DNA of 64,000 nt from Octopus vulgaris (Eukaryota). The stretch lies in the NCBI GenBank assembly GCA_951406725.2, contig OX597824.1:98270001-98334000 (forward strand), read 5' to 3'. Every line of letters starts with the position of its first letter. The first letter of the stretch is position 1. The position numbers were made by a program, and so were the translations under genes. Below, one piece after another: positions 11,952 to 24,440 of this stretch. A model generated the notes under the pieces. It saw only the letters and a program-made list of their open reading frames with translations. It was not told the DNA's origin and searched no databases.

Positions 11952-13709
11952 GGTGGTGGTGGTGCTGTTAATGATCACGATGGCAGTGGTGGTATACTGT
12001 TGTTGTTTAACCCCAGGTCAGCCCCCGACTGAGCAGGTTTACCATCAAAGCCATTCTAACAGAGACAATTTTGTCCTATATGTTTTTTTCCGAACTTGCA
12101 TTCCTTGGACTATATTATCGAATGTGTTCTTCGCATTTCGAGACAGTGGTGGTGAGGTGGTGGTGGTGGTGGTGGTGGGTCTAATAAGCACAGTTACGAG
12201 AGTTTTTCCTATATTAGACAGGTTCGTTTTTCGCTTGACACCATTTCAACTTTTCACATTTTTGCGTTTTCATTTCTTTTGCTTTTTTGGCTAAACAGCA
12301 ACGTAACATCTCACATCTCTTGAGCTCCTGGAAATAGCATCCAAATCTCCCTCAATAAATGCTAAAGATTAAGTTACCGTTTTTTTATATACAATTGATT
12401 TCAATTTCCATCATTTAATACAGTCCTATGGCGGACTTTACTTTAGCCTCACTTCATGATATCTTTTCATATCCTGAGCCATAAATTACCCGAAAACAAC
12501 GATATTTGGTAAAAATATTGGATCTTTTCGCTTTGACCGGCAGATTTTTAAAACTACTAATTCGTTATATTGCATTTAAGAGAACTTACTGTATTTCTAT
12601 GGTTACCTTGCAGTTTAAGGGTTTTAAAAGAATCAAATAAAATGACCGAACGTGAAAACAATGACGTCCGTTAATTCCATGCAAATAATCTGACATAATC
12701 AATATATAGAACGGAGATATATTTGATATAAGGTGAAAACAATCACATTTATGTAGAGTAAAGCATGTTGGAACTGTGCATCTCAGCTACTATTTCTGAA
12801 ATACTTAAGTTTTCTCTAGAATGTGCGATACAACATAAGCAGGTGCCTGTGGAAACGGCATAATGAGGAAGCTTTCTTGAGGTTAAGAGATTTAACCAGT
12901 TCTCTTTGTTCTCTTTATGAAATTATGGGATGCTATTGTCGTCACTATTAATGTATAGAACGATTCCTGGAGATATTTCCACTCCCTTGGGAAAGTTTCG
13001 GACCATTCCTCCTCAGCTCCGACCTCGTTACAACCAATTTACCCTTCTTTGAACATTTTACAGGTTTTTGTTCAGATTTCTGTGTTTGAAGAACCAACAT
13101 TACGTAATTTATACTCTTGCAACAAATTTCTGGAAAACGTCTTTAAAAATATTTTTTTAAAGACATTTATGAGTGGACAGAGCTGGAGCGGCGGAGAAGG
13201 ATCAGAGAGAACAATCCGAAATTCCTCCGAAAATTTCATTTTTCTAAATTTTATCAACATCAGTGCAGGCAGGACAGTGTGTTGTGGTTTCGAGTGGAGT
13301 TTCACCACGGGGCACCTAAGGAAAGTGTCTACTACTAAAACTCTGGGTTGACCAATGCATTAGGAGTGAATTTGGTCGATGGAAACACACACACAGACTG
13401 TCCAGCCTAAAACCACCCTTAAGTAGACATTTCGTGGTTTCTTTTTCACATTTTGGTTTTTCAATTTACTTCAACAGCTTTCATTCAGAGTGTCGTCTTC
13501 AGGAAATCCAACATTGAGGAAGATCTGGTTGCTATATTTTACTACCCAGAGATTTCCTCACCATCATGTGTGTCCTTCCTCTCAGTTGTGACTGGTTGAA
13601 TGCTTAGCAAAGCAAGCCCATACATATATAGTATTATTGATATTATACAAAACAAGAGAGGAGATGGAGATAAGATTAATAAAAATTTATTAACATTGAC
13701 AAAACCAGA

Positions 13710-13815
13710 CCTACAATTGTTTCAAATCATCACTTACAGCTTAAAAATTGACTGAATTTAATTTAATTTAACTAAATTAATTTGGTTAATTACTACAAGT
13801 GAGAATATCTTCAGG
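13710..13815 (-). ncRNA. Penelope-type hammerhead ribozyme motif with long stem II
   Basis: Minus strand: CC-CTGAAGA-tattctcacttgtag...ctgtaagtgatgattt-GAAAC-AATT-GTA-GG; palindromic stem III acaattgt. Confidence 0.5.
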
Positions 13816-13935
13816 GAAGGATGTACAAAGAAATTTATCAAATTTAAAACAAAATGAAAATATAAAAACAGGAAGAATACAGTGTACCATTATAGTTAGA
13901 AAAATATATACACAGTTATAAAAAAAAAGATACAG

Positions 13936-13936
<1 letters not shown>

Positions 13937-13978
<42 letters not shown>

Positions 13979-14039
13979 GACAGAGAGCGAGAGATAGATA
14001 GACTAACAGACAGACAGACAGATAGATGGATGGATAGAC

Positions 14040-14091
<52 letters not shown>

Positions 14092-14156
14092 GGATGGATG
14101 GATGGATGGATGGATGGATGGATGGATGGATGGATAGATAGATGGATGGATGGATG

Positions 14157-14214
<58 letters not shown>

Positions 14215-14224
14215 CAGACAGATA
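13937..14224. repeat. Compound (TA)n/(GACA)n/(GATA)n/(GATG)n microsatellite
   Basis: Direct read. Confidence 0.95.
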
Positions 14225-15415
14225 AGCCAATGAGAGTTCATATGGTCACACGATATGCTGGAAATAACAGCCAAGTTTCTCTTAAAAAGGTATGTATTTG
14301 AGCCTGGGTTCACTACATATTGGAAAAAGATGGGATGGTCACTGCTGGAATACCTTTGATCTTAATTTTGATCATATAAGTTCAGCTGCAACTAAATACC
14401 ACCACCACCACCACCACCAACAGCATGTCTCCGATTCCACTTCTGCAATTAATGTCATCGTTTCATAAATCTTCAGCTGATCAAAGCATTTCAAGTGGAT
14501 TCTGTTGAATGAAACAAAACCATTCTTTGGAGCTGAGCCAAGAACGAGGATTCGTTCTTTTGCTTTGATTTACCAAAGAAGCTGGCACCGTCAGATTACT
14601 TTGGGCTGCGCATGCTCCACAAAATCTACAAAATCACCCTATCTTCCTCTCTCTCTCTCTCTCTCTCCCTCTCTCCCGCCCTCTCTTTCCCTCCCTCCTT
14701 CTCTCTCTCCCTCTCTCTCCCCTCCCTCTTTCCCTCCCTCTTTCCCTCCCTCCTTCTCTCTCCTCTCCCTCTCCCCCCTCTTTTTCCCCCGCTCCTTCTC
14801 CCTCTCCCTCTCCCCCTCTATCCCCCTCTCCCCCCTCCCCCCTCTGCCTCTCTCTTATCAACAAGTTAGAAATTTACATAATGTCTGCCACAATTGCAAG
14901 AAAATATTTTGCAATTTTGGCGTTTTGTTTTCTTTTTGCAAGAATGAGGGGGGTGGGGTGGGGTGGGGGGATAGTTTTGGTTTGTTTTCAACATGTTAAT
15001 TGGTTATGTTTTTTTTTTATGCTTGTCACAGAAAATCATTCTATTAAAATTTGGCATTTCAGCAATCTCAATGGCCAACATACAATCATGCACGTATTTA
15101 CATAACTCACTTAGTAAGTCCTTGCCAAAAATATGGCACTACCATTTCCTTGTAGCACTTGCAGCTCTTTAAGAGTTCTTATTGTTTTGTTTTCCTTTTC
15201 TTTCTTTTGTTGTTGTGTCATAACAATGGACATGTTTTTTTAATTTGTTTTTTTTTCTGAGTTGTTGTTGTTGTTGTATTGCAGAATGTAGTTACTGGGG
15301 TAACCACCCCACACCCCGACCATCTCCACCACAGGGAATGTCGTCAATGAATGCCACTTCTAGCTCAGTGTGAAACACAGAATGTAAACATTCACGCAAC
15401 CACACACACACATAC

Positions 15416-15786
15416 ATACATTATTTACATTATTCACGTTTGACAGATATTTGTTATCATGTTGTTTGTTGTTAACATAACGTTTCGGTTGATATACCCT
15501 CCAACCTCCATCAGGTGTCTTGGAGAAATTTCGAACCTGAGTTCTTATTCCTAAGGTATTTTCACTGTTATAACAACAACAACAACAATAATAATAATAA
15601 TAACAGTGAAGAATACCTTAGGAATGAGAACCCAAGTTCTAAATTTCCCCAACACACCTGATGAAGGCTGGAGGTTATATCAGCCGAAACGTAGTGTTAA
15701 CAACAAACAAGATGAGGACAAATATCTGTCAAATGTAAATAATGTAAATAATGTACATAATTCCTCATCTCTTAAATATAGAACTG
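15416..15786. mobile_element. Penelope-like inverted terminal repeat pair carrying hammerhead motifs
   Basis: 15416-15570 is the imperfect reverse complement of 15601-15755; (CAA)/(TAA) spacer; an internally deleted family copy lies at 38624-38702. Confidence 0.7.
15654..15697 (+). ncRNA. Minimal type I hammerhead ribozyme motif
   Basis: ACAC-CTGATGA-AGGCTG(GAGGTTATAT)CAGCC-GAAAC-GTA-GTGT: core intact, stems I and II pair, GUA cleavage triplet. Confidence 0.65.
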
Positions 15787-16003
15787 CAATACACATACAT
15801 GTGTACATGTCACACACTCACATGAATACATACATACAAACACATTTATATATATATATAGATAAAACTTACTTGGAAACGGATGTGTGGCGTTAAATCG
15901 TATAGCGATATAAATAATATATAAATATATGCATATATACATATATGTACATACTTACATATATATGTATATACATATGCATATATGGGTACAGGACGTC
16001 ATA

Positions 16004-16706
16004 GAACGTAAACAACATGAAATACGAAAACATGGAATACAAACATTTTTTTTGCGAACAATGAAAGAAACAAATGGAAAACAAGCAACAGAAAGAACGA
16101 CCCTTCATCAGTTGTTGGCTGTTGTCCTGTTACTATCTCTACTTTTCTTTCTCTTTCCCTCTCCCCTTTTATCTACCCTTCTCCCCCTTTTGTTTTTTCT
16201 CTCTCAACCTTTCTCTAATTCTTTTCCTCTCCCATTCACCGTTCTCTGTCTGTCCCTCTCTCCCCCTCACTCTTCCTCCTTTGCTCTCTTATTTCGCACA
16301 CATGACCATTGGCCATCTTTCTTTTCCTAACTTGAGTTTCTTTCTTTCCTTCTGATCAGTAGCAGAGATCAGACGCATTCTTGTCTATCTCCTGTCGATG
16401 CTAGTTCCTCCAGCGTCCGCCACCTCACCTCGTTAAGTCTTAGTAGCCCTTTCTGTTTGTTTCACTGTCCTGTTTTTCTTACCAATTTTGACCCCCCGCA
16501 AAATCCCAAATTTTATTTAATTTGCTTTGTCAAAGGTGTATCTTGTCATGAATTGCTCAAAATACAGAGTAGAAAAACAGCCGACAACTGATGAAGGGTC
16601 GTTCTTTATGTCGCTTGTCTTGTTTTCCATTTGTTTCTTTCGTTGTTCGCAAAAAAATGTTCATATTCCATGTTTTCATATTTCGAGTTTCATGTTGTTT
16701 ACGTTC
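16004..16706. repeat. Imperfect inverted repeat (16004-16123 vs 16576-16706), probably PLE-derived
   Basis: gaacgtaaacaacatgaaa...acgacccttcatcagttg vs caactgatgaagggtcgt...tttcatgttgtttacgttc. Confidence 0.7.
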
Positions 16707-16719
16707 ACTGGTGTGTGCA

Positions 16720-16965
16720 GGTCTTCTCAAGAACCTCATATCACCAGGCACCTTGATCCATTGTCATTTCGTCCATGAGGTCCAACTTCCTGAGATCGGT
16801 CCTTACCACTTCAACACATGTCTTCTTGGGTTTCCCTCTTCCATGGGTACCATCTATTTTCAGTGACTGGCACTTCTTTATGCAGCTGCCCTCATTCATA
16901 CACATTACATGTCCAAACCAACCTAGTCTTCTCTCTTGCATGCTACATTTGATTCCTCCTATAAC
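16720..16965 (-). mobile_element. RTE-clade LINE 3' fragment
   Basis: QERRLGWFGHVMCM...GTHGRGKPKKTC is the RTE C-terminal RL.W.GHV.R...G.R..GRP signature. Confidence 0.8.
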
Positions 16966-17527
16966 CAACTTATATATATATATATATATAAAATGGACTC
17001 TCCCATTGTTAGGCGACATCTGAGGGCTCGACAGTTTCTTACCGAACAACCCCACAGATGATTTGTTTATAGTGATGAAATGTTTGTGTAGACATAAATT
17101 CATTCCCTCCATCAAATCGACATTACTTGTTCAGGTTCAACTGGGCGGGGGCACATATCAGATGACGAAAGGATCGCAGAGCAACACGAAATGAAGTGCT
17201 TTGTTCAAGAACACAACACAACGCCCGGTCTGGGAATCGAACCCACGATCTCGCAATCATGAGTGCAACACCCTAACCACTAAACCATGTGTGTGTGGGG
17301 GGGGGGGCGTGTATACTAGTGTGAAGCTGGCCCCACCCTCCCCCAAGAGGTTATAGCCTGTGAGCTACATAGTGACCTCAGTAGTGCAGATGGCATGAAT
17401 AATGTCCCCAGTCTTCCCTGGCATCAAAAAGAGCATTGTGCCGTAAGAACGCTGACAAAGCAGACATTGGAGTCTAATGCTGTCCTTGAACGCATTGGAT
17501 CCTATCAAACCATCCAACCCATGCCTA

Positions 17528-17743
17528 TTTCTTTACTGCCCACAAAGGGACAAACAAGGACAGACAAACAGATTAAGTCGATTGTATCGACCCCAGTGCG
17601 TAACTGGTACTTTATTTATCGACCCCGAAAGGATGAAAGGCAAAGTCGACCTCAGCAGAATTTGAACTCAGAACGTAGCGGCAGACAAAATACAACTACG
17701 CATTTCGCCCGCCGTGCTAATGTTTCTGCCAGCCCGACGCCTT
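17528..17743 (-). mobile_element. SINE family A inserted within an RTE-tail repeat
   Basis: atcgaccccgaaaggatgaaaggcaaagtcgacctc; catccaacccatgcc occurs on both sides. Confidence 0.75.
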
Positions 17744-18448
17744 ACAAATCCAACCAATGCCAGCATCCAACCCATGCCAGCATGGAACTTGTATGTTAAA
17801 TGATGATGATGATGACGGGTGACCTTAATATTGAAAGACATGAAAGAGGAAACATACTCACAACAACGAACAGGAGAAGTGAGGAAAGAGAGTCAGAAGA
17901 AGGTCCTCCATCTGCTTCGGCTCTAACCAAATAAATATTTACATCTCAACCCACCCACCCCCTTACGGAACATCTCTCTCCCCTCCGTGCAACTTATACT
18001 CCTCTCACCACTGTCCCCTCCCCCGTGGATAGGCCCTTTCTCTCTCTCTCTCTCACTCTCTGCCACCTCCTTCTCCTTCCTTGTCTCACTTGGGTAGCCA
18101 AGTGCATCCTCTGTCCTAAGCTTCCGTCCCCGCCCCAACCTTCTCCAACCCCTCACCTGGCTCATGGCCTCTTCTCTCAGTTCCTCTCCTGCTCTCTGCC
18201 GAGACATCTTTGTCTTGCAAGCCATTTGGTGTGTGCATGTGTGTGTGTGTGAATGCCTATATCCACATGTCTGTGCATGACACCGTTTGGATGAAGGTGA
18301 TGGTTTGTTTGCATCCCCTTCTAAACAACACATTCAGCAGATCTGTGGATTTGGTGTGAGGAAGAGCAGTCAGTTTTACGAAAGAAAATACCTGGTTTGA
18401 AAATCTGGTTTAGGGTGAGTGACAACATGTCAGCATGGACACGGAAAC

Positions 18449-18458
18449 GATGATGACA

Positions 18459-18503
<45 letters not shown>

Positions 18504-18702
18504 GTGGTGGTGGCAATGACGATGATGATGATAATGGTGATGATGATGATGATGATGGTGGTGGCAATGACAATGATGATGATAATGGTGATGATGATAA
18601 TGGTGATGATGATGATGATGATGGTGGTGGTGATGACAATGACGATAATGATGATAATGGTGATAATGGTGGTGGTGGCAATGACGATGATGATGATAAT
18701 GG

Positions 18703-18748
<46 letters not shown>

Positions 18749-18820
18749 GGTGGTGGTGGTGGTGGTGGTGGTGGTGGTGATAATGATGATAATAGTGATG
18801 ACGATGATGATGATGATGAT
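18449..18820. repeat. Compound (GAT)n/(GGT)n microsatellite with higher-order units
   Basis: Repeated ggtggtggcaatgac-gatgat-aatggt blocks. Confidence 0.95.
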
Positions 18821-19163
18821 GCTTCTCCAATGATGACTCGACATAACCAAACGATATCATCTGTTAATGGAAATTGCTTGCATTCAGAGGATGATTGCTA
18901 TAAGCAACATTTTTGCCATAGTGATGTGTATGTAAACCGTTGCAGTGGGGGGGGGGGGGTGATGCTGCTGCTGATGCTGATGCTACTGGCACTGGTGGCT
19001 GTAGTAGTAGCAGTAGTAGCAGTAGTAGCAGCAGCAGCAACACCATCTGTAACCGATATAGTTTAGCAACATGAGTAAATCTGCCATTTAATTAGGGACT
19101 TAAGTTATTAGAGAAGAAGAAGAAGAAAAACCAAACATCTCACCACACAGCAGCATCATTTAA

Positions 19164-19203
<40 letters not shown>

Positions 19204-19326
19204 GGCGGCCATCTTCCCGTCTTCCCCGATCCAATTTTAGTTAGACATTATATCAAGAAAGTGTCAGCTTGTCTGAGCTATTAAAAACTGTTTAAAGACC
19301 GAACAGTTGTGATGATGATGTTGATG

Positions 19327-19370
<44 letters not shown>

Positions 19371-20133
19371 GGTGGTACTTGGCTATTCAATTGATTTCTT
19401 TGTGTTTGTTTTTTAGATCTGTCTTCAGCTGGTTAATGTTTACGAGCAGACCACTTGGCCATTGTTGATATTCCTGTAGATATGTCGGCTCTGTTCCCAA
19501 ACTGTAATCTTATCTCGGCATTAATGATATTAAATACAACACGGCAGCTTATATTGAGCAGACACAGATGTGTCTACACCTTCAAACCAAGAATAGGCAC
19601 AGTTGATAAAGAACAGCTACAGCAACATACATCGTTGTTGTCATCGTATGGGGGCAATGAATTTGTGTAGACAAACACAACCATCCTTGCAGCAGTTATT
19701 CTGCTTGCCAGTGCTGGTCCAAACTATCCAACCTATGCCAGCATGGAGTAAGAATGTTTAAGGATGATGATGATGATGATGATATATATGCGAACTTAAC
19801 CGTGGTCTGATTGGCATCTTTCCTCATGTGTCTTGAAATTTATATCCACATCTTTATGAGTAGATTTATCTTCTCTGAGATGTCAATAATTAATTTAATA
19901 ACTTTGTATTGTTGGAAAACATATATAGTCTGCTTGGAATCTTACTTCAGATTCATGGAACTCACTTCTATAACTTTATAAGGATATTTACACTCTCTAA
20001 GATGTTTGGAAAACCTTTATGAAATTTATATTTGCTGTAATATTTGCAGCTTTAATAAAATGTTTATAGTATGAAACAATTGTACTAAACTACTGATTCA
20101 TTCTTGTTGCTTATTTTTTGGTTATATATATGT

Positions 20134-20423
20134 GGAGGTGCAATGGCTCATTGGTTAGGGCAGCGGATTCACGGTCGTAAGATCACGGTTTCGATTCCCA
20201 GACCAGGTGTTGTGAGTGTTTATTGAGCAAAAACAACTAAAGCTCCACGAGGCTCCGGCAGGGGGGGGTGGCGATCCCTGCTGTACTCTTTCTCTATGAC
20301 TTTCTCTCACTCTTTCTTCTGTTGTTCTGCTCGCTTAGCCAGCGGGGTGGCGTCATTTGAAGGCTAAAACAATGCAAAGCGCATTGTGACCATCTGATAG
20401 CCTGGTCGGTCACGGTGATCGCG

Positions 20424-20428
<5 letters not shown>
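20134..20428 (+). mobile_element. tRNA-derived SINE, family D
   Basis: A-box tggctcattggtt, B-box ggtttcgattccc, unique body and (TA)n tail. Confidence 0.7.
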
Positions 20429-20458
<30 letters not shown>

Positions 20459-20465
<7 letters not shown>

Positions 20466-20668
20466 GATGTGGAAAAGTTCCTGGTTTTGGGTAAAAGAAA
20501 ATACAGGAGGATCAGTTAATCATGGTTTTATTCAAAATATTCCCCTCTCAGATTCACACACTTATTGCAGGGGTCCTCTGGCCCTGTAAAAGAACTCGGA
20601 AGATTGGGTTCGAACCACAACTTTTGTAATACTCTTGAAGCCAGGAACTTTTCAGCACCCCCTTGTAT
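20459..20668. mobile_element. Mariner-type MITE
   Basis: TIRs gaaaagttcctggttt / aagccaggaacttttc, with TA flanks. Confidence 0.7.
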
Positions 20669-22100
20669 ACAAACAGGGTGCGATAAATAGTAGTAGTAGT
20701 AGTAGTAGCAGCAGCAGCAGCAGCAGTAGCAGCAGTATAAATGTTATATGAAAGAAAATGGAAGCTGGGGATATTTGATGATAAGATGAGACGAGTGATA
20801 AATATTAATGGAATGATGTTAGAAATGTCAAAGAGTTTGACATTTCAAACAGAAAGCAGCAGATTGACTGGAGAATTGTCGAACAATGGATCCTGGCAAA
20901 TTCTTGCGAAACCAATTTTCCAAGTTTTCTCTGGTTCCAATAATGTCTAAATAATTCATCAACCGTTTCAATGAGAAAGATGGTCTTTTACTAAAATTTC
21001 TTCCAAATCTTTGTAAACTCTTTGGTACTTGAGAATCTTGATGGGTCTGCCTTGCAAGAAACATCAGTCAACTCTCCCTCAATTCACACCAAATCATCAC
21101 AAAATGAAAGGATTGATTTGGTAATGTAGTCCTAGATACACGGTGACAGAATTAGTGGAAAGGGAGGTTCAACAGATCATCATGGTTCATTGTTTTGTCA
21201 AAGGTGACAAACAGACAGACAACAGTTCTTTTTGTTTAGTTCCAGTTCAGCTTTGATCCAACAGACTTCCTCTCATCAAAAATTTTCCACCTTTGACCAG
21301 GATTACTCTGTTCAATATATCCTTCCGTCTTTTAAGGCAGAAATGTTTGTTCTGGGTGAGATTTGACTGTTATTTCTAGCAGGTCGAGTGACCACATAGG
21401 GGCTTCCATCTTGCCCTGGCTAATTTGGTTTTGTGTATGTGTGTGTGTATGTGTGTGTGTGTGTTTGTGTGTATGTGAGTGTGTGTGTGTAATTGTGTAT
21501 GTGTGTTTTTGCATGTGATTGTGTGTGTGTGTGTGTGTGTTTGTGTGTGAGTGTGTGTTTGTGTTTGTGTGTGTGAGTGATTGTGTGTTTGTGTGATTAT
21601 GTGATTGTGTGTATGTGTGTGTTTGTGTGTGAGTGTGTGTGTGTGATTGAGTGATTGTGTGTGTGTGTGTGTGTGCATTCATGTGCATGCACACACGCAC
21701 ACATGTGAGTGACTGCACCCTCCACCAAACGGTGCCTGTCTTTGTAACGCATCCCTGATAGAAAATACAATTTGAAATTTCAATGAAAAGAATGCAAAAT
21801 TTTATGCAAATGTAATCAAAACGCTTTCATCTCTCTGTAGGCCGAATAATTTAAAATTAATTAATTAACCACATTGCCAACAGATACCCTGTTATATGAA
21901 TTAGACTGGGTGCCAAAACAGACAGTGGAGCTTGGCACAGTCCTCTGGCTTGCCAGCTCTTGTGAAGTCATCCAACCCATGCCAGCATGGAAAACGGGCC
22001 TTAAATGGTGGTGGTGGTGGTGGTGGTGGTATCATTTAAATCATAGATTTTGCTTGATATAAATAGCAACAAGTAGAGGAGAATGGTGGGTTTTTTTCTT

Positions 22101-22151
22101 TTTTATCCTCTGATGAGTCTCCAAATGGAAATGAAACCAGTCAGAACAAAA
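22101..22151 (+). ncRNA. Decayed type I hammerhead ribozyme motif
   Basis: ttttatcct-CTGATGA-gtctccaaatggaaat-GAAAC-CA-GTC-agaacaaaa; stems I and II contain mismatches. Confidence 0.45.
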
Positions 22152-22342
22152 CTAAACTTTCCTTATACATGTTTACATTTCTCAGGGAGGCCCAAATCAT
22201 TGGTACGTCTACTTCAAAATTCTACCAAACTGCGCATTTAGCTACTTAACCCCATAGTCACACGCCTACCCCCAGAGACACTTGCCTACCCACCACACTC
22301 ATTACTCTACCATCACTTTCACTACTTTATCCCTACACTCAC

Positions 22343-22740
22343 ATGGCTCAGTGGTTAGAGCGTCGAGCTTACAATCATGAGGTTGTGAGTTCAATTCCCA
22401 GACCAGGTTGCATGTGGTGCTCTTGTTCAAGACACTTTATTTCACGTTGATCCAGTTCACTCAGCTGTAGAAATGAGTGGTGATGTCACTGGTGCCAAGC
22501 TGTATCGGCCCCTTTGCCTTTCCCTTGGATAACATCAGTGGTGTGGAGAGAGGGGGAGGCTGGTATGCATGGTCGACTGCTGGTCTTCCACAAACAACCT
22601 TGCTCTGACTTGTGCCTAGGAGGGGAACTTCCTAGGTGCAATCCCATGCTCATTCATGACTGAAGAGGGTCTCCTCATATCACCATTCATGGCTGAAGGG
22701 GGTCTCCTCATATCACCATTCATGGCTGAAGGGGGTCTCC
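22343..22740 (+). mobile_element. tRNA-derived SINE, family E, with 33-bp tandem tail
   Basis: tggctcagtggttagagcg...gagttcaattccc; reverse copy at 34670-34982; catggctgaagggggtctcctcatatcaccatt is repeated. Confidence 0.75.
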
Positions 22741-24228
22741 TCACATGTCTGTCCCCACCCCACATTCTCTTGCCTGTCCCCACAGTTGATTTTCTGCCAA
22801 ATAATCTAAAATTCAAAAGAGAATTGTTATCAATAAACTTCACTCAGTCACTGTTCTACATTTGATGTGACACATTTATTGATTATCCTCTATTGATTAT
22901 CATGTATTGATTATCAGGTATTGATTCTGTGCCGTATTTGACTGTTGCTATTCTAGCTTGTACTAATTTGTCAAGCACAAACACCAGACATGGTGAATAT
23001 ATTGTTGACAGTCCGTACACCAGAAAACTACTGGCCATATTTATGTGAATATGTGTGTGTGTGTGTGCATGTGTGTGAGTGTGTGTGTGCATGTGCATGT
23101 GCATGTGTGTGAGTGTGTGTGTGCATGTGCATGTGCATGTGTGTGTGTGTGTGTGTGAAATCTAAAGAACCCACCCCAATATATTACTGATGTTTTCTCT
23201 GTACATGATGTGTGGAAGACAACATCAAGTCTTGTGGAATTTGAAACCAAAACACGGCAATCGGAATCTAAAACTTGTGAAAGATTTGGTCAAAGAATTT
23301 ACCATTCCTGCAGATGTAAAGCTTAACTATTATTACAAAAAGTTTGGTGGGTTTGTAGACTATTGTCATTTGAATTGGACCCAATACATAACTGGTATTT
23401 ATTTCTCTAATCCATGTGGGATAAAAGATAAAGTTAGCCATATCAACATTTGAACTTAGAATACAGACAATTGAAGGTGAACCATGTTGGCCTTTGCCTG
23501 CCATTTCTACTGCTCCGTCTGGTGTTGAAGGTTAATGCTTTGAAATTTAACCTTTTTAGCCTTAAATCCAGCCAAAATATTCTGCCTGTTTTCTGTTCAA
23601 ACCAACCAGATCTGGCCTTTCACACCGACCCTCCAATGTCATTCTAAAAATTTACAGTTACATCATCAAATTCGGAAAAGGTACAAGATAATGCATAATT
23701 AATTTGAAACAATATGAATTAATTAAACATTGCATTGGGCAGAATAGTTCAAAGATTAAATGGCCAAAGCGGATTTGGGTGTGGTCAGTTGAGATGGTGG
23801 ATGTGATCTGTTGCTTGATTTAATCCTATCAACACCACCACCACCATGGCATAGCTTGGAGGAAGCTTGGAGTCAGTGTGTCCCAGGTGATGTTTCTATG
23901 GGGTAGTATTTTTAGGTCTGCTCTATAAGCCTGTTTAAGTTTGGGCTCCAGGAGTCTGAAAATCAAGGGCTGCCCCAGGTGGCACACATCCCACCTATTC
24001 CTCTGTTCCACCATTTATTGGGTTCCTTTGACAAAATCTTCTCCATTGGAAGCATGCTAACCCTTTCTCTTATCTGAGAATCACATCCTTCACATTCCCC
24101 TGCTTCCTCACCAGTTTTGAAGGCCCCAGAAAAGGGTCCTGGTTTCTACCTTTCTTTGACTAAGAAATAAAAAATAAAACAAAAGCTGGTTCCAGTATAT
24201 AACTGGTATCAATATATAACTGGCGCTT

Positions 24229-24440
24229 TAAGGCAGCGAGCTAGCAGAACCAAGAGCACGATGGGTAAAATGATTTGTGGCATTTTGTTCATTTTTACGT
24301 TCTGAGTTCAATCTCAGCTGAGGTGAGATTTGCCTTTCATCGCTTCAGGGTCAATAAAATAAGTACCAGTTATACACTGGGGTCGATGTAATCAACTTCT
24401 TCTGCCAAAGTTGCTGGCCTTGTATGAAAATTTGAAATCA
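24229..24440 (+). mobile_element. SINE family A
   Basis: ggcagcgagctagcagaa...ttgcctttcatcgcttcagggtcaataaaataagtacc. Confidence 0.7.

Noticed and set aside
3823-14999. Numerous HTHT, CVCV, SIYL and LSLS ORFs in the ORF track
   Set aside because: They are translations of (CA)n, (GATA)n and (CT)n microsatellites.
16586-16620. Hammerhead at CTGATGAAGGG
   Set aside because: No closing stem II or GAAA downstream; at most a truncated end.
18321-19066. Poly-Asp/Gly, poly-His and poly-Met ORFs (e.g. a biomineralisation or reflectin-like protein)
   Set aside because: All frames are open only because of a trinucleotide microsatellite; there is no signal peptide, splice support or reflectin motif.
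20134-20210. tRNA gene
   Set aside because: A and B boxes are present but the acceptor stem is incomplete and the sequence continues into a SINE body; the same applies to 22343 and 52516.
23190-23453. MADF-like ORF (LWNLKPKHGNRNLK)
   Set aside because: Only a faint resemblance, with no splice or start support.
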